Shown here: one piece after another, positions 20,680 through 30,391 of the stretch | How positions within the stretch are numbered: the stretch's first letter is position 1 | How the letters are laid out: each line of letters starts with the position of its first letter | NCBI GenBank assembly: GCA_019244185.1 | Contig: JAFATB010000022.1 | Coordinates: forward strand, 415,978-479,977 | Length of the DNA stretch: 64,000 nucleotides | DNA from: Acidobacteriota bacterium | GTDB taxonomy: Bacteria > Acidobacteriota > Thermoanaerobaculia > Gp7-AA8 | Reading direction: 5' to 3' | Made by a program: the position numbers and the translations under genes | Notes under the pieces: generated by a model | What the model saw: only the letters and a program-made list of their open reading frames with translations | The model's database searches: none | Told to the model about the DNA's origin: nothing

Positions 20680-20940
20680 TCAGACGAAGACGTATTCGTC
20701 CGCGGCCGCGCCACGCCCCGCGAACGTGACCATCGCGTACTGGCGCCGCCGCCCGATGCCGTCGATCGCGGCGATGGTGTACGTGCTGCGCGCGCCCTCC
20801 AACAGGCCGGGGGGCGGATCGCCGGAGCCCACGACGACGATCCGTCCCGAAGAAATGCGCGCCCGCCGCGTACGCCATTGCACCGCGCTCTGGTCGTTGA
20901 CGACCAGCACATCGCACAACCGGACGGCGGGCTCGCTCAT
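20680..20940 (-). CDS. Hypothetical protein (86 aa)
   Basis: Protein-like composition; lies downstream of a Crp-type palindrome and a TATCAT box. Confidence 0.55.
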   Translation of the reverse strand: MSEPAVRLCDVLVVNDQSAVQWRTRRARISSGRIVVVGSGDPPPGLLEGARSTYTIAAIDGIGRRRQYAMVTFAGRGAAADEYVFV

Positions 20941-21010
20941 GGTGAAGGCGACAATCTCCGAAGCGTGAGTCCTGCGCCCGCGATGATAGATCAACTTCTA
21001 TCCGTCAAAA

Positions 21011-21026
21011 TGTCCAAAATTGCACA
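21011..21026. promoter_or_regulatory. Crp/Fnr-type 16-bp palindrome (downstream copy)
   Basis: TGTCC-AAAATT-GCACA, centred about -42 relative to TATCAT at 20983-20988. Confidence 0.55.
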
Positions 21027-21027
21027 A

Positions 21028-21699
21028 TCAGTCACTATCCAGCAGCTGCAGCGCTTTCCGCCGATGCACGGCGATCGAGCGTCCCGCCGTCACGACGATG
21101 CCGCGTTTGCGGAAGCGCTGCATGAATACGGTGATGCGCGGCCGCGTGGTGCCGACGATCTGCGAGAGCTCTTCCTGCGAGATGCGCAGGTCGACGCGCG
21201 CGTAGTCGCCGTCGATGCTGCCGAGTTTCTCCGCGATGCCGAGCAACACTTTCGCGAGCCGCTTCTCGGCGTCCATCGTGACGAGGTCGAACACCGCCAC
21301 CTGCCGCTCGGCGAGCCGCAGCGCGAGGTGCCGCAACAGCATCTCCATCGCGGAGGCTTTCTCGACTTCCACGAGATAATCGCGCCGCAACACTTTGCGC
21401 ACGAAGGTGCGCTGCATCGCGGACGCGGTCTCGTTCCTGCGGCCGCTGTCGAGAAAACACGATTCGCCGAAGACATCGCCGGCGGCGTAAATCGCGAGCA
21501 CGCAATCCTTGCCGCTGGCGGAAGACATGGACAGCTTCACCTGTCCCGACTCGATCAGGTACATGGCGTCGTCTTCGTCCCCCGTGGCATAGATCGCTTG
21601 CTGGGCATCAGCGCGCAAGCGCGCCACCGGCAACGACTCGCGATCGAAAATGTCGCGAAGGGACGGTAGCGAATGGGCGCGGCCGTCTTTGGAAGGCAT
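21028..21699 (-). CDS. Crp/Fnr-family transcriptional regulator
   Basis: YLIESGQVKL, GDVFGE, AEKRLAKVLL, HTH SQEELSQIVGTTRPRIT. Confidence 0.9.
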   Translation of the reverse strand: MPSKDGRAHSLPSLRDIFDRESLPVARLRADAQQAIYATGDEDDAMYLIESGQVKLSMSSASGKDCVLAIYAAGDVFGESCFLDSGRRNETASAMQRTFVRKVLRRDYLVEVEKASAMEMLLRHLALRLAERQVAVFDLVTMDAEKRLAKVLLGIAEKLGSIDGDYARVDLRISQEELSQIVGTTRPRITVFMQRFRKRGIVVTAGRSIAVHRRKALQLLDSD

Positions 21700-21744
21700 C
21701 TGGAAAAATGCGTCGCGATCGTAGGCACCACCGAACGCTTCGTC

Positions 21745-21760
21745 TGTTCAGTATTGGACA
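21745..21760. promoter_or_regulatory. Crp/Fnr-type 16-bp palindrome (upstream copy)
   Basis: TGTTC-AGTATT-GGACA, 45 nt upstream of the regulator start. Confidence 0.55.
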
Positions 21761-21982
21761 TGCCTTTCATGCCGTTGCGCATCACGGCTACGCCGCGGAG
21801 AAACTCGCGCAAGTTCGTGCGCAGTACGCATGCGCACTGAATCGACCGCGCCACGCGGCCGACGCGCACACCCGGAGCGGCATCGTGCACCATCACCAGA
21901 CGGAGTGCCGCAACCCGCGCCGATGCGGCTCACGATCCTGCGCACGCTCTGGCGTCGTGGCGCGCTTCGTGTGGTCTACGCG

Positions 21983-22163
21983 AGGGAGATACGACCGGGA
22001 GCGCCTCCGGCGGGCCGGCGCGGCCGGCAGCGCTGAGGGCTTAGCCAGTACGCACGTGCGGCTGCTGTCACCACGCTCGCCGCGACCGCACGTGCGGATA
22101 GGCTAGGCCCTCAGCGCTGTCGGCCGTGCCGGCCCGCCGGAGGCGCTCTGGGTCGTCCTCTCC
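21983..22163. repeat. About 180-bp imperfect inverted repeat (REP/MITE-like)
   Basis: Arms GAGCGCCTCCGGCGGGCCGGC...CAGCGCTGAGGGCTTAGCC and GGCTAGGCCCTCAGCGCTG...GCCGGCCCGCCGGAGGCGCTC; inner CGCACGTGCGG pair. Confidence 0.85.
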
Positions 22164-23171
22164 CTATGAAGCCACGAAGAGCGCGTCGGCGAACCACGCG
22201 CGGGCGTCGGTCCAGAGGTGCGCGATCGTGAAGCCGGAGGATTGGGCGAGGGCGGCGAGGGTGGACTCGTCGTGTTTGTAGGAGCTCTCGGTGTGGATCG
22301 TTTCGGCTTCGGCGAAATCGACGCTCAGATCGAGGGCGGCGAGGTGGACGCGTTGCGGTTGCGTGCTCACGAGGTGCATCTCGATGCGGCCGAGGGGCTC
22401 GTTGTAGAAGGCGCGGTGGGTGAAGCGGTCGAGCGCGAAGTCGGCGTTGAGTTCGCGGTTCATGCGCACGAGGAGATTCTTGTTGAAGGCGGCGGTGACG
22501 CCGAGGGGGTCGTCGTAGGCGGGTTCGAGAACGTTGCGCGGCTTGCGGAGATCGGCGCCGAGGAGCAGCGCGTCGCCGCGGGAGAGTGCGGAGCGGAGAT
22601 CGCGGAGCATCGCGATCGCGGCGTCGGGATCGAGATTGCCGATGGTCGAGCCGAGGAAAAGGACCACGTTGCGGCCGCGATGGGGGCCAAGCATCGCGAG
22701 CGACGACGACGGCGACGCGAAGTCGGCGCGGACGGCGGTGATGCGGAGGTGCGGATAGTCGGCGAGCAGCTCGCGCGCGGAGCGTTCGAGCATCGACGCG
22801 TCGACGTCGACGGGAACGTATTCGAGCTCACGCTGGCGTTCCGTCAGGACGTCGAGGAGGATGCGCGTCTTGCGCGCGGCGCCGCTGCCGAGCTCCACGA
22901 GGCGCACCTGGGCGCCGAACGCATCGCAGATTTCGCTCGCGTGCGCGTGCAGCACCTCGGCTTCCGCGCGCATCACGTAGTACTCGGGCAGAAAACAGAT
23001 CGCGTCGAAGAGCGAGGATCCGAGCTCGTCGTAGAACCAGCGCGGCGGGAGCGACTTGCGGGACGCGGTGAGACCGCGGCGGACGTCGTCCGCGAAATCG
23101 CCGGCCGCGACGGCGCCGTGGCGCAGCGTGAACCGTGACGTGGGCGAGACCGGGACGGCGGCTGCGCACAT
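22164..23171 (-). CDS. egtD: L-histidine N-alpha-methyltransferase
   Basis: GLT..KSLPPRWFYD..GS.LFDAIC.LPEYY, VELGSG, FLGSTIGN, AYDDPLGVTAAFN, HTESSYK. Confidence 0.9.
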   Translation of the reverse strand: MCAAAVPVSPTSRFTLRHGAVAAGDFADDVRRGLTASRKSLPPRWFYDELGSSLFDAICFLPEYYVMRAEAEVLHAHASEICDAFGAQVRLVELGSGAARKTRILLDVLTERQRELEYVPVDVDASMLERSARELLADYPHLRITAVRADFASPSSSLAMLGPHRGRNVVLFLGSTIGNLDPDAAIAMLRDLRSALSRGDALLLGADLRKPRNVLEPAYDDPLGVTAAFNKNLLVRMNRELNADFALDRFTHRAFYNEPLGRIEMHLVSTQPQRVHLAALDLSVDFAEAETIHTESSYKHDESTLAALAQSSGFTIAHLWTDARAWFADALFVAS

Positions 23172-23239
23172 GGGCGACGTGAATTGTAGCCGGAAGTCCG
23201 GCTGGCTAACTTTTCGGCCGCGGCGGCGTAGAACGCAGC

Positions 23240-23818
23240 ATGAGACGACTCGCCGCCGTTGTGCTCTTCGCGCTCGCCGCCGTCACGCTCGCTGCCGCCG
23301 ATGATTTCACGCGGATCATCATCCGCGACGGCGACAGCACCTACATGATGGGCGACTTCTCCAGCAACTCGTCCGCGCGGTACGACACGGCCGCGGGCAC
23401 GCGGCACTACGCGTGGTTCGAGCGCGACGGAGAGGCGTGGCTCATCACCGATCCGGCGGTGCTCGCGCGGTTGGACGAGGCGACGCGCGCGCAACGCAGC
23501 GTCGGAGGCGAGCAGGGTGCGCTCGGTACGCGCCAGGCGGAGCTCGGGCGCAAACAGGCCAAACTGGGACGCAAGCAGGCGGAGCTCGGGCGGCGTCAGG
23601 CCGCGTATGCAACCGACTCCGCGCGGCAGCGCGAGCTCGGCGAACAGCAGCGCGAGCTGAGCGAACAGCAGCGGGCGCTCTCCGGCAAACAGCGCGAGCT
23701 GTCGGAAAAGCAGCGGCAGCTTTCGGAGAAGCAGCGCCAGGTCTCGATCGATGTGCATCGCAACGTCGCCAGGATTTTCGAAGACGCCATACGCAGCGGC
23801 GCGGCGAAGCGGCGATAA
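23240..23818 (+). CDS. Secreted coiled-coil protein with heptad repeats
   Basis: Signal peptide; QAELGRK x3 and QRELSE(Q/K) x5 (21-bp repeats). Confidence 0.75.
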   Translation: MRRLAAVVLFALAAVTLAAADDFTRIIIRDGDSTYMMGDFSSNSSARYDTAAGTRHYAWFERDGEAWLITDPAVLARLDEATRAQRSVGGEQGALGTRQAELGRKQAKLGRKQAELGRRQAAYATDSARQRELGEQQRELSEQQRALSGKQRELSEKQRQLSEKQRQVSIDVHRNVARIFEDAIRSGAAKRR

Positions 23819-23827
23819 TCCGCCGCG

Positions 23828-25192
23828 ATGCGCAGACGACTCTCGCTTCCGCTCCTTCTCCATCTCTCTTTTGTCGTATCGCTCGCGCTCTCGGCATCGG
23901 CCGCGACCACCATCGCGCCGATCCCGTACAAGCAGCGCGTCCTGCCGAACGGCCTCACGGTCTACAGCGTGCAGGATCGCTCGACGCCGACCGTGGCCGT
24001 CCACGTCTGGTACCACGTCGGCTCGAAAGACGATCCGCCCGGACGCAGCGGCTTCGCGCACCTCTTCGAGCACATGATGTTCAAGAGCACGAAGCACATG
24101 AAGTCGGAGATGCTCGACCGGCTCACGGAAGACGTGGGCGGATCCAACAACGCGACCACGATGGACGACGTGACGGTGTACTTCGAAGTCGTGCCGTCGA
24201 ACTATCTCGAGTCGCTGCTGTGGGCGGAAGCGGATCGTCTGGGCACGCTCAACGTCGACGACGCGAACTTCAAGTCCGAGCGCGACGTCGTGAAAGAGGA
24301 GTACCGCCGCGGCGTGCTCGCCTCGCCATACGGGCGGCTCTTCAACGCCATCCCGAAAGACTCGTACGCGCGGCATCCGTACAAGCGTCCCGGCATCGGC
24401 AGCATCGAGGAGCTCGACGCCGCGACCATCGACGACGTCCGCGCCTTTCACACGACGTTCTATCGTCCCGACAACGCGTACCTCTTCGTCATCGGCGACT
24501 TCGATCAGCAGCAGCTCGACGGCTGGATCGATCGGTACTTCATGACCGTCGCGAAGCCGGCCGCGGACATCCCGCGCGTGCACGTCGACGAGCCGGAGCG
24601 CGACGTCGAACGCCGTTACGACGAATACGCGCCGAACGTGCCGCTGCCCGCGACGGTCCTGACGTGGCTCACGCCGAACGCGGGCTCGCCCGACGCGGCG
24701 GCGCTCAACGTGGCCATGGCGCTGCTGACGCAGGGCGAGTCGTCACGGCTCGAAGAGAAGCTCGTGCGCGCGCAGATCGCGCAGGAGCTCCTCAGCGAAA
24801 CCGAGCTTCTCGAAGACCGCGGCATCTTCGTCCTCGGCGCGATCCTCAGCAGCGAGCACGCTCCCGCCGATGCGGAACACGTCATCAAGACGGAAGTCCG
24901 CGCGCTGGCGGAGACGCCGGTCGGCGCGGCGGAGCTCGAGAAGGCGAAGAACCTCCTCGTCACCGATCTCCTCCGGCAGCGCGAGACCAACGACGGTAAG
25001 GCCTTCGTGCTCGCGGAGGCGGTGCTCATCGACCACGATGCGGCGGACGCGAACAACGGCATCGCGCGCGTGCAGGCGGTGACGCCGGCCGACATCCAGC
25101 GCGTGGCGAAGCAGTATCTCGTCGACGCGAAGGCGGTGGTCATCAACTATCTCGACGAGTCGACCAAGAAGCCGGTCGGAGGTGTGCGATGA
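23828..25192 (+). CDS. M16 (pitrilysin-family) zinc protease, catalytic subunit
   Basis: WYHVGS, GFAHLFEHMMF (HxxEH), FYRPDNA. Confidence 0.92.
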   Translation: MRRRLSLPLLLHLSFVVSLALSASAATTIAPIPYKQRVLPNGLTVYSVQDRSTPTVAVHVWYHVGSKDDPPGRSGFAHLFEHMMFKSTKHMKSEMLDRLTEDVGGSNNATTMDDVTVYFEVVPSNYLESLLWAEADRLGTLNVDDANFKSERDVVKEEYRRGVLASPYGRLFNAIPKDSYARHPYKRPGIGSIEELDAATIDDVRAFHTTFYRPDNAYLFVIGDFDQQQLDGWIDRYFMTVAKPAADIPRVHVDEPERDVERRYDEYAPNVPLPATVLTWLTPNAGSPDAAALNVAMALLTQGESSRLEEKLVRAQIAQELLSETELLEDRGIFVLGAILSSEHAPADAEHVIKTEVRALAETPVGAAELEKAKNLLVTDLLRQRETNDGKAFVLAEAVLIDHDAADANNGIARVQAVTPADIQRVAKQYLVDAKAVVINYLDESTKKPVGGVR

Positions 25193-26655
25193 AGCGCGCG
25201 CTGCTCGCATTACTGTTCGCGCTGCCTTTGGTCGCGCAGGAACCGACCGCGACGACGGCGGACACGTATCCCGCGACGCCGCCCGCGCCGCTCGCGCCGC
25301 GTGAGGCGACGATCCCGCAGCCGTCGGAGAAGACGCTCGCGAACGGCCTGCGCGTCATCGTCGTCGAGAAGCATAGCCTCCCGCTCGTCGCGGCGCGGCT
25401 GCTCGTGAAGACCGGCGGCGCGGCCGATCCGGCCTCGCGCGCGGGACTCGCGTCGCTCACCGCCGGCGTGCTGACGAAAGGTACGAAGACGCGCAGTGCC
25501 GAGGAGATCGCGCGCGGCGTCGAATCCCTCGGCGCGACGCTGGAGAGCGACGCGACGTGGGACAGCTCGCTGATCGACGTCTCGATGATGGCGCCGAATC
25601 TTGCGAAGACGATGGAGTACGTCGCCGACGTCGCGCGCAACGCCACGTTCGCGAAGGACGAGCTCGAGCGCGAGCGCGCGCAAGCCATCGACTCGCTGCA
25701 GGTCGAGCTGAGCGAGCCGCGCACAGTCGCGAACATCGTCGCGTCGCGGCTCGTCTTCGGCACGTCGGCGTACGGACACAACCTCTCCGGCACGCCCGCG
25801 TCGCTCGGCCGCATCACGCGCGACGATCTCGTGCAGTTCCACAAGCACTACTACCGCCCCGACAACGCGGTGCTGCTCTTCGCCGGCGACGTGCGTCCCA
25901 GCGACGCGTTCGCGCTCGCGGAGAAGCTCTTCGGGTCTTGGTCGCGCGGCAGCGGCGCGCCTCCGTCCGCGGCGACGAAGTTTGCGCCGCAGGCGCCGCG
26001 CGCGGTCGTCATCGACATGCCGGCTGCCGGCCAGGCGGCGGTCGTGCTCGCGCGTCCCGGCATTCGCCGCGTCGATCCGCAGTACATGCCCGCCGCGGTG
26101 CTGAACTCGATCCTCGGCGGCGGCTTCTCTTCACGGCTGAATCAGGAGATCCGCATCAAGCGCGGTCTCAGCTACGGCGCGGGCAGCTCGTTCGAAGCGC
26201 GCGCCGACGTGGGACCGTTCACCGCGCGCGCGGAGACGAAGAACGAATCCGCGGCGGAAGTGGCGGGACTCATCGGCGGCGAGCTGTCTCGGCTCGCGAC
26301 GACGGACGTCGAGGCGGGCGAGCTCACGCCGCGCAAGGCCGCGCTCATCGGCGACTTCGCGGAATCGCTGGAGACGACGCGCGGCCTCGTGAACCGGCTC
26401 GGCGCGCTTGCGCGCTACGGCCTGCCGCTCGCGGATATCAACCGATACATCGGCGGCGTGCAGGCGGTGACGGCGCAGGACGTGCGCAAGTTCGCGAATG
26501 CGAGTCTGGCCGGATCGTCGACGCTGGTGATCGTCGGCGACGCGAAACAGTTCATCGAGCCGCTGCGCGCGCAGACGAAGGACGTCGAGGTGATTCCGCT
26601 CGCCGAGCTCGATCTCGACTCGCCGACGTTGCGGGTGCGCAAGAAGAAGGATTGA
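25189..26655 (+). CDS. M16-family protease, non-catalytic partner subunit
   Basis: M16 motifs without HxxEH; SRLNQEIRIKRGLSY (R/Y pair); ATGA overlap. Confidence 0.9.
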   Translation: MKRALLALLFALPLVAQEPTATTADTYPATPPAPLAPREATIPQPSEKTLANGLRVIVVEKHSLPLVAARLLVKTGGAADPASRAGLASLTAGVLTKGTKTRSAEEIARGVESLGATLESDATWDSSLIDVSMMAPNLAKTMEYVADVARNATFAKDELERERAQAIDSLQVELSEPRTVANIVASRLVFGTSAYGHNLSGTPASLGRITRDDLVQFHKHYYRPDNAVLLFAGDVRPSDAFALAEKLFGSWSRGSGAPPSAATKFAPQAPRAVVIDMPAAGQAAVVLARPGIRRVDPQYMPAAVLNSILGGGFSSRLNQEIRIKRGLSYGAGSSFEARADVGPFTARAETKNESAAEVAGLIGGELSRLATTDVEAGELTPRKAALIGDFAESLETTRGLVNRLGALARYGLPLADINRYIGGVQAVTAQDVRKFANASLAGSSTLVIVGDAKQFIEPLRAQTKDVEVIPLAELDLDSPTLRVRKKKD

Positions 26656-26665
26656 TATGCAAGCA

Positions 26666-26694
26666 AAAAGGGCGGGCCTCGCGCCCGCCCTTTT
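26666..26694. terminator. Bidirectional intrinsic terminator
   Basis: AAAAGGGCGGGC-ctcgc-GCCCGCCCTTTT between convergent genes. Confidence 0.85.
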
Positions 26695-26715
26695 CGTTTT
26701 GCATCGCGTTTTGCG

Positions 26716-29700
26716 TCAGGGCTGAATGGGCTCGTAGTCCGGCAGCAGCACGACGTTCTGCTTGCGCACCGCGTCGCGGAACTGCGCGACGTCGGACGCG
26801 TACAGCTGGTTCAGATCGGCGAGCACGCTGCGCAGCAGCAGCTCCGCGTTCGCGAGATACGTCAGCTGCGCGGGCGTCGGCGCGTCCCACGACGACTGCA
26901 TGGCGTTGATCGGATAGCCGATGCGGGACAGCACGTCGTTCTCGGCGACGAGGCCTTTCGTCTTCGGCGGCGTCCAGAGGCGGCGTTCGATGGCGTCGAG
27001 CTTCGCCTTCAGTTCCGTGGCCTGCTTCGTCAGCGGATCGGGCGGCGCGTTCGTCGCGGCGGCGTCGCGGTCGTCGTCCTTCTTCAGCTTCGCCGTGATC
27101 GCATCGAGATCGGCGCGCGTCTTCTGGATGCGCTCGACCGCGGCGGTCGCGGTTTCCTGCAGCGCGCCAGCGCGCACGATCGCGTCGTACTTTGCCTGCC
27201 GCACCGACTGCGCGATCGTCTCGCGCGGATCGGCGACGACGGTCACCTGCTGCTTCGCCTCGTTGCCGCGGAAGCGGATCGTGACGGTGTAGACGCCCGG
27301 CACGACTTCCGGACCTCCGCGCCGGCGGAACGATTCTTCTTCGCCCTCGCCGCGCTTCGGCTGCTTGAAGGCGTCGCGCGTGAGATCCCACGACGCGCGG
27401 TTCACGCCGAGGATCGCGGGACCTTTGAACTTGCGAATGACCTTGCCGGCGGCGTCGGCGACTTCGATGTCGACTTGCGGCGGCTTGTCGTCGCCGGCGC
27501 GTGTCGCCTGCGTTTGGCCTTGCGGCTTCTGCGCTTCCTTCTGTTCCTGCTTCGCCTTCTGCGCCTCCGGCTCCTTCGGCACGTCGCTCACGACCTGCGG
27601 CACGCCTTCGTCGGTCACGATCGCCTGCCGCGCGGCGTCGCGTTCCTTCTCCTTGCGCTCGCGTTCGCGTTCTTCCGTCGGATGCGGGATGCCGGCGACG
27701 TTGAGCGAGTAGGTGAGGAGCGCGCCGTACGGCTCGTTCTCGCCGCGGAATTCGGAGTCGCCGACGAAGCGCGAGCCTTCCTTCTGCCGCACGGTGTACT
27801 GCTGCGCGTCGGGCACGCTGAAGAAGTGCAGCGGCTCGGCGAGCACGGCTTTCGACATCGTGCGCAGCGGGCGGATGTCGTCGAGGATGTACGCGGCGCG
27901 CCCGTGCGTGGCGATGGCGAGATCGTGATCGCGCGGATGGATCTTCAGTCCCTGCACGGACACCGTCGGGAAGCCGTGCTTCCACTTCGACCACGACTTG
28001 CCGCCGTCGAGGCTCGTCCAGAGACCGAACTCCGTGCCGAGGAAGAGGAGATCGGCGTCGACCGGATCCTGTTCGATCGAGAGCGCGTAGCCCCAGAGGT
28101 CTTTCGTCGCCAGCGACGTCCACGTCTTGCCGTAGTCGTTCGTGCGGAAGACGTACGGCGTCCAGTTCGAGCGGCGGTGATCGTCGAGGACGATGAACGC
28201 GGTGCCGGCGTCGTACGTCGAGGCCTTGATCTCCGGCACCCACGTGTTCGCGGGAACGCCTTTGAGATTCGCCTCGACGCTCGTCCAGTGCGCGCCGCCG
28301 TCGCGCGTCACCTGCACGCGGCCGTCGTCGGTGCCGGCCCAGACGACGTTGCGGTCGACGGGACTCGGCGCGAGCGCGATGATCGTCGTGAAGTTCTCCG
28401 CGCCGCTCGCGTCGAGCGTGAGGCCGCCGCTCTTGTCCTGCTGCTGCCACTCCTTGCGATTCGTCGTGAGATCGGGGCTGATCGTCTTCCACGTCTCGCC
28501 GCGATCGCTCGAGTGATGCACGTACTGGCTGCCGAAGTAGACGCCGTTCGGATCGAACGGATCGACGGCGATGGCGGCGTTCCAGTTGAAGCGGATGGGC
28601 GTGTTCGGATCGAGTGGCGCGGGGCGGATGTCCTTCCGCTCGCCGGTGCGCAGGTTCCAGCGGACGATGTGCCCTTCCTGGCTCATCGCGTAGCCGACCA
28701 TCGGATCGGTGGGAATCGGCGCGGTGCCGAAGCCGTCGCCGAACCCGATCTCCTGCCAGTCCCAGTTGCGCACGCCGGCGGTCTCCCACGTCGTGTTCGG
28801 CCCTTTCCACGAGCCGTTGTCCTGCATGCCGCCGTAGATGTTGTACGGCATCTCGTTGTCGACGGCGATGTGGTAGTACTGGCCGAGCGGCAGCGACGCG
28901 ACGAAGCGCCAGCTCGTGCCACGGTCGCGCGATTCCGAGACGCCGCCGTCGTTGCCTTCGAGGATGTGGCCGCCGTCGTTCGGATCGATCCACATCGCGT
29001 GATGGTCGGGATGCACTTTCGAGTACGGCACGAGCGTCTTGAACGTGCGCCCGCCGTCGTTCGACACGCTGATCACCGAGTAGATGTTGTAGACGCGATT
29101 CGCGTCCTGCGGATCGACGCGGAGAAACGTGTAGTAGAACGGGCGATTGGCGATGTCGGTCTCCGTGTTGACCGCGGTCCATTTGCGACCGCCATCGTCG
29201 GAGCGCAGCAGCGCGCTCTTGTCGGCTTCGACGAGCGCGTAGACGATGCTCGGGTTCGAGCGCGCGATGGCGACGCCGATGCGCCCCAGCACACCTTTCG
29301 GCATGCCGTCGTCTTCGGTATAGCGCTTCCACGTTTCGCCGCCGTCGTACGAGACGTAGAGTCCCGAGCCGGGGCCGCCGGAGTTGAAGTACCACGGCCA
29401 GCGCCGGTACTCCCACATCGACGCGAAGAGCTTGTTCGGATTCGACGGATCGATGACCAGATCGGCGGCGCCGGTGCGGTCGTTCACGAAGAGCACTTTG
29501 CGCCAGCTCTTGCCGCCGTCGACGGTCTTGAAGACGCCGCGGTCGGCGTTCGGCGACCACTCCTGGCCGAGCGCGGCGACCCAGGCGACGTTTGGATCGC
29601 GCGGATGCACGACGATGCGCGGAATGCGCTCGGTCTTGTCGAGGCCGAGGTGCTGCCAGGTCTTGCCGCCGTCGAGCGTCCGGTAGACGCCGTTGCCGAC

Positions 29701-30060
29701 GGAGACGGAGTTGCGCACGTTGCCTTCGCCGGTACCGACCCACACGATGTCGGGACTCGGCTGGAAGATGGCGATGGCGCCGATGGCGGCGACCGGCTGG
29801 TCGTCGAAGATGGGCGTGAAGCTCAGCGCGGCGTTCGTCGACTTCCAGAGGCCGCCGGTGGCGGCGCCGACGTAGACGATGTTCGGATTCGACTCGACCG
29901 CTTCGATCGCGGCGACGCGTCCGCTCATCGCGGCCGGACCGATCGAGCGCGCCTTCATGCCGGCGAGCAGCTCGGGATCGACCTGCGCGTGAAGAACGAC
30001 GGGGAGAAGGAGAAGATGAAGGAGGGAGAGGAGGAGAACGGCAGTTCGACTCTTCTGCAT
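26716..30060 (-). CDS. BNR/Asp-box (VPS10/sortilin-like) beta-propeller glycosyl hydrolase-like protein
   Basis: RSIGPAAMSGR, many S/T-x-D-G-G-x-T/S-W boxes, GGMQDNG, ATHGR; signal peptide. Confidence 0.9.
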   Translation of the reverse strand: MQKSRTAVLLLSLLHLLLLPVVLHAQVDPELLAGMKARSIGPAAMSGRVAAIEAVESNPNIVYVGAATGGLWKSTNAALSFTPIFDDQPVAAIGAIAIFQPSPDIVWVGTGEGNVRNSVSVGNGVYRTLDGGKTWQHLGLDKTERIPRIVVHPRDPNVAWVAALGQEWSPNADRGVFKTVDGGKSWRKVLFVNDRTGAADLVIDPSNPNKLFASMWEYRRWPWYFNSGGPGSGLYVSYDGGETWKRYTEDDGMPKGVLGRIGVAIARSNPSIVYALVEADKSALLRSDDGGRKWTAVNTETDIANRPFYYTFLRVDPQDANRVYNIYSVISVSNDGGRTFKTLVPYSKVHPDHHAMWIDPNDGGHILEGNDGGVSESRDRGTSWRFVASLPLGQYYHIAVDNEMPYNIYGGMQDNGSWKGPNTTWETAGVRNWDWQEIGFGDGFGTAPIPTDPMVGYAMSQEGHIVRWNLRTGERKDIRPAPLDPNTPIRFNWNAAIAVDPFDPNGVYFGSQYVHHSSDRGETWKTISPDLTTNRKEWQQQDKSGGLTLDASGAENFTTIIALAPSPVDRNVVWAGTDDGRVQVTRDGGAHWTSVEANLKGVPANTWVPEIKASTYDAGTAFIVLDDHRRSNWTPYVFRTNDYGKTWTSLATKDLWGYALSIEQDPVDADLLFLGTEFGLWTSLDGGKSWSKWKHGFPTVSVQGLKIHPRDHDLAIATHGRAAYILDDIRPLRTMSKAVLAEPLHFFSVPDAQQYTVRQKEGSRFVGDSEFRGENEPYGALLTYSLNVAGIPHPTEERERERKEKERDAARQAIVTDEGVPQVVSDVPKEPEAQKAKQEQKEAQKPQGQTQATRAGDDKPPQVDIEVADAAGKVIRKFKGPAILGVNRASWDLTRDAFKQPKRGEGEEESFRRRGGPEVVPGVYTVTIRFRGNEAKQQVTVVADPRETIAQSVRQAKYDAIVRAGALQETATAAVERIQKTRADLDAITAKLKKDDDRDAAATNAPPDPLTKQATELKAKLDAIERRLWTPPKTKGLVAENDVLSRIGYPINAMQSSWDAPTPAQLTYLANAELLLRSVLADLNQLYASDVAQFRDAVRKQNVVLLPDYEPIQP

Positions 30061-30103
30061 GGAGGCGGATTCTACTCGCGCGCCTCCTCCGCTCCCGGGT
30101 GTT

Positions 30104-30355
30104 CTACAGCAGCGGCTGAGGCTGCGTGCGACCGTGAAGGTGACGCTGCACTTTCTTCACTTCCCACGTGACGACGCCCGTGCCGATGCCGAGGAGAATC
30201 GTGCCGACGGCGAGCTTCACGAGGCCGCTGGCCGCCTTCGCCGCGAGTCCGAAGACCCACGCGCCGATGACGAGCGCGGCAACCGAGAGAATGCCCGCGC
30301 GCACGGCAACGCCTTTTGCCGTATCGCGAAGAGAGAGTTCATGAGGTTCGTTCAT
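30104..30355 (-). CDS. Small two-TM membrane protein
   Basis: Two hydrophobic segments; sigma-54-like motif directly upstream. Confidence 0.65.
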   Translation of the reverse strand: MNEPHELSLRDTAKGVAVRAGILSVAALVIGAWVFGLAAKAASGLVKLAVGTILLGIGTGVVTWEVKKVQRHLHGRTQPQPLL

Positions 30356-30367
30356 GCGAACGAGTAG

Positions 30368-30383
30368 GGCAAACAGCGCGCCG
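30368..30383 (-). promoter_or_regulatory. Putative sigma-54 promoter
   Basis: CGGCGCGCTGTTTGCC (GG-N10-GC); the -12 C lies 14 nt before ATG 30355. Confidence 0.55.
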
Positions 30384-30391
30384 GTTTGATG

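Noticed and set aside
21761-21982. Short ORFs between the Crp gene and the foldback
   Set aside because: Several overlapping Arg-rich candidates, none with recognisable motifs or start signals.
20374-23740. Repeats at 20.4, 22.0 and 23.6 kb as CRISPR arrays
   Set aside because: No repeat-spacer periodicity and no cas genes; they are inverted or coding tandem repeats.
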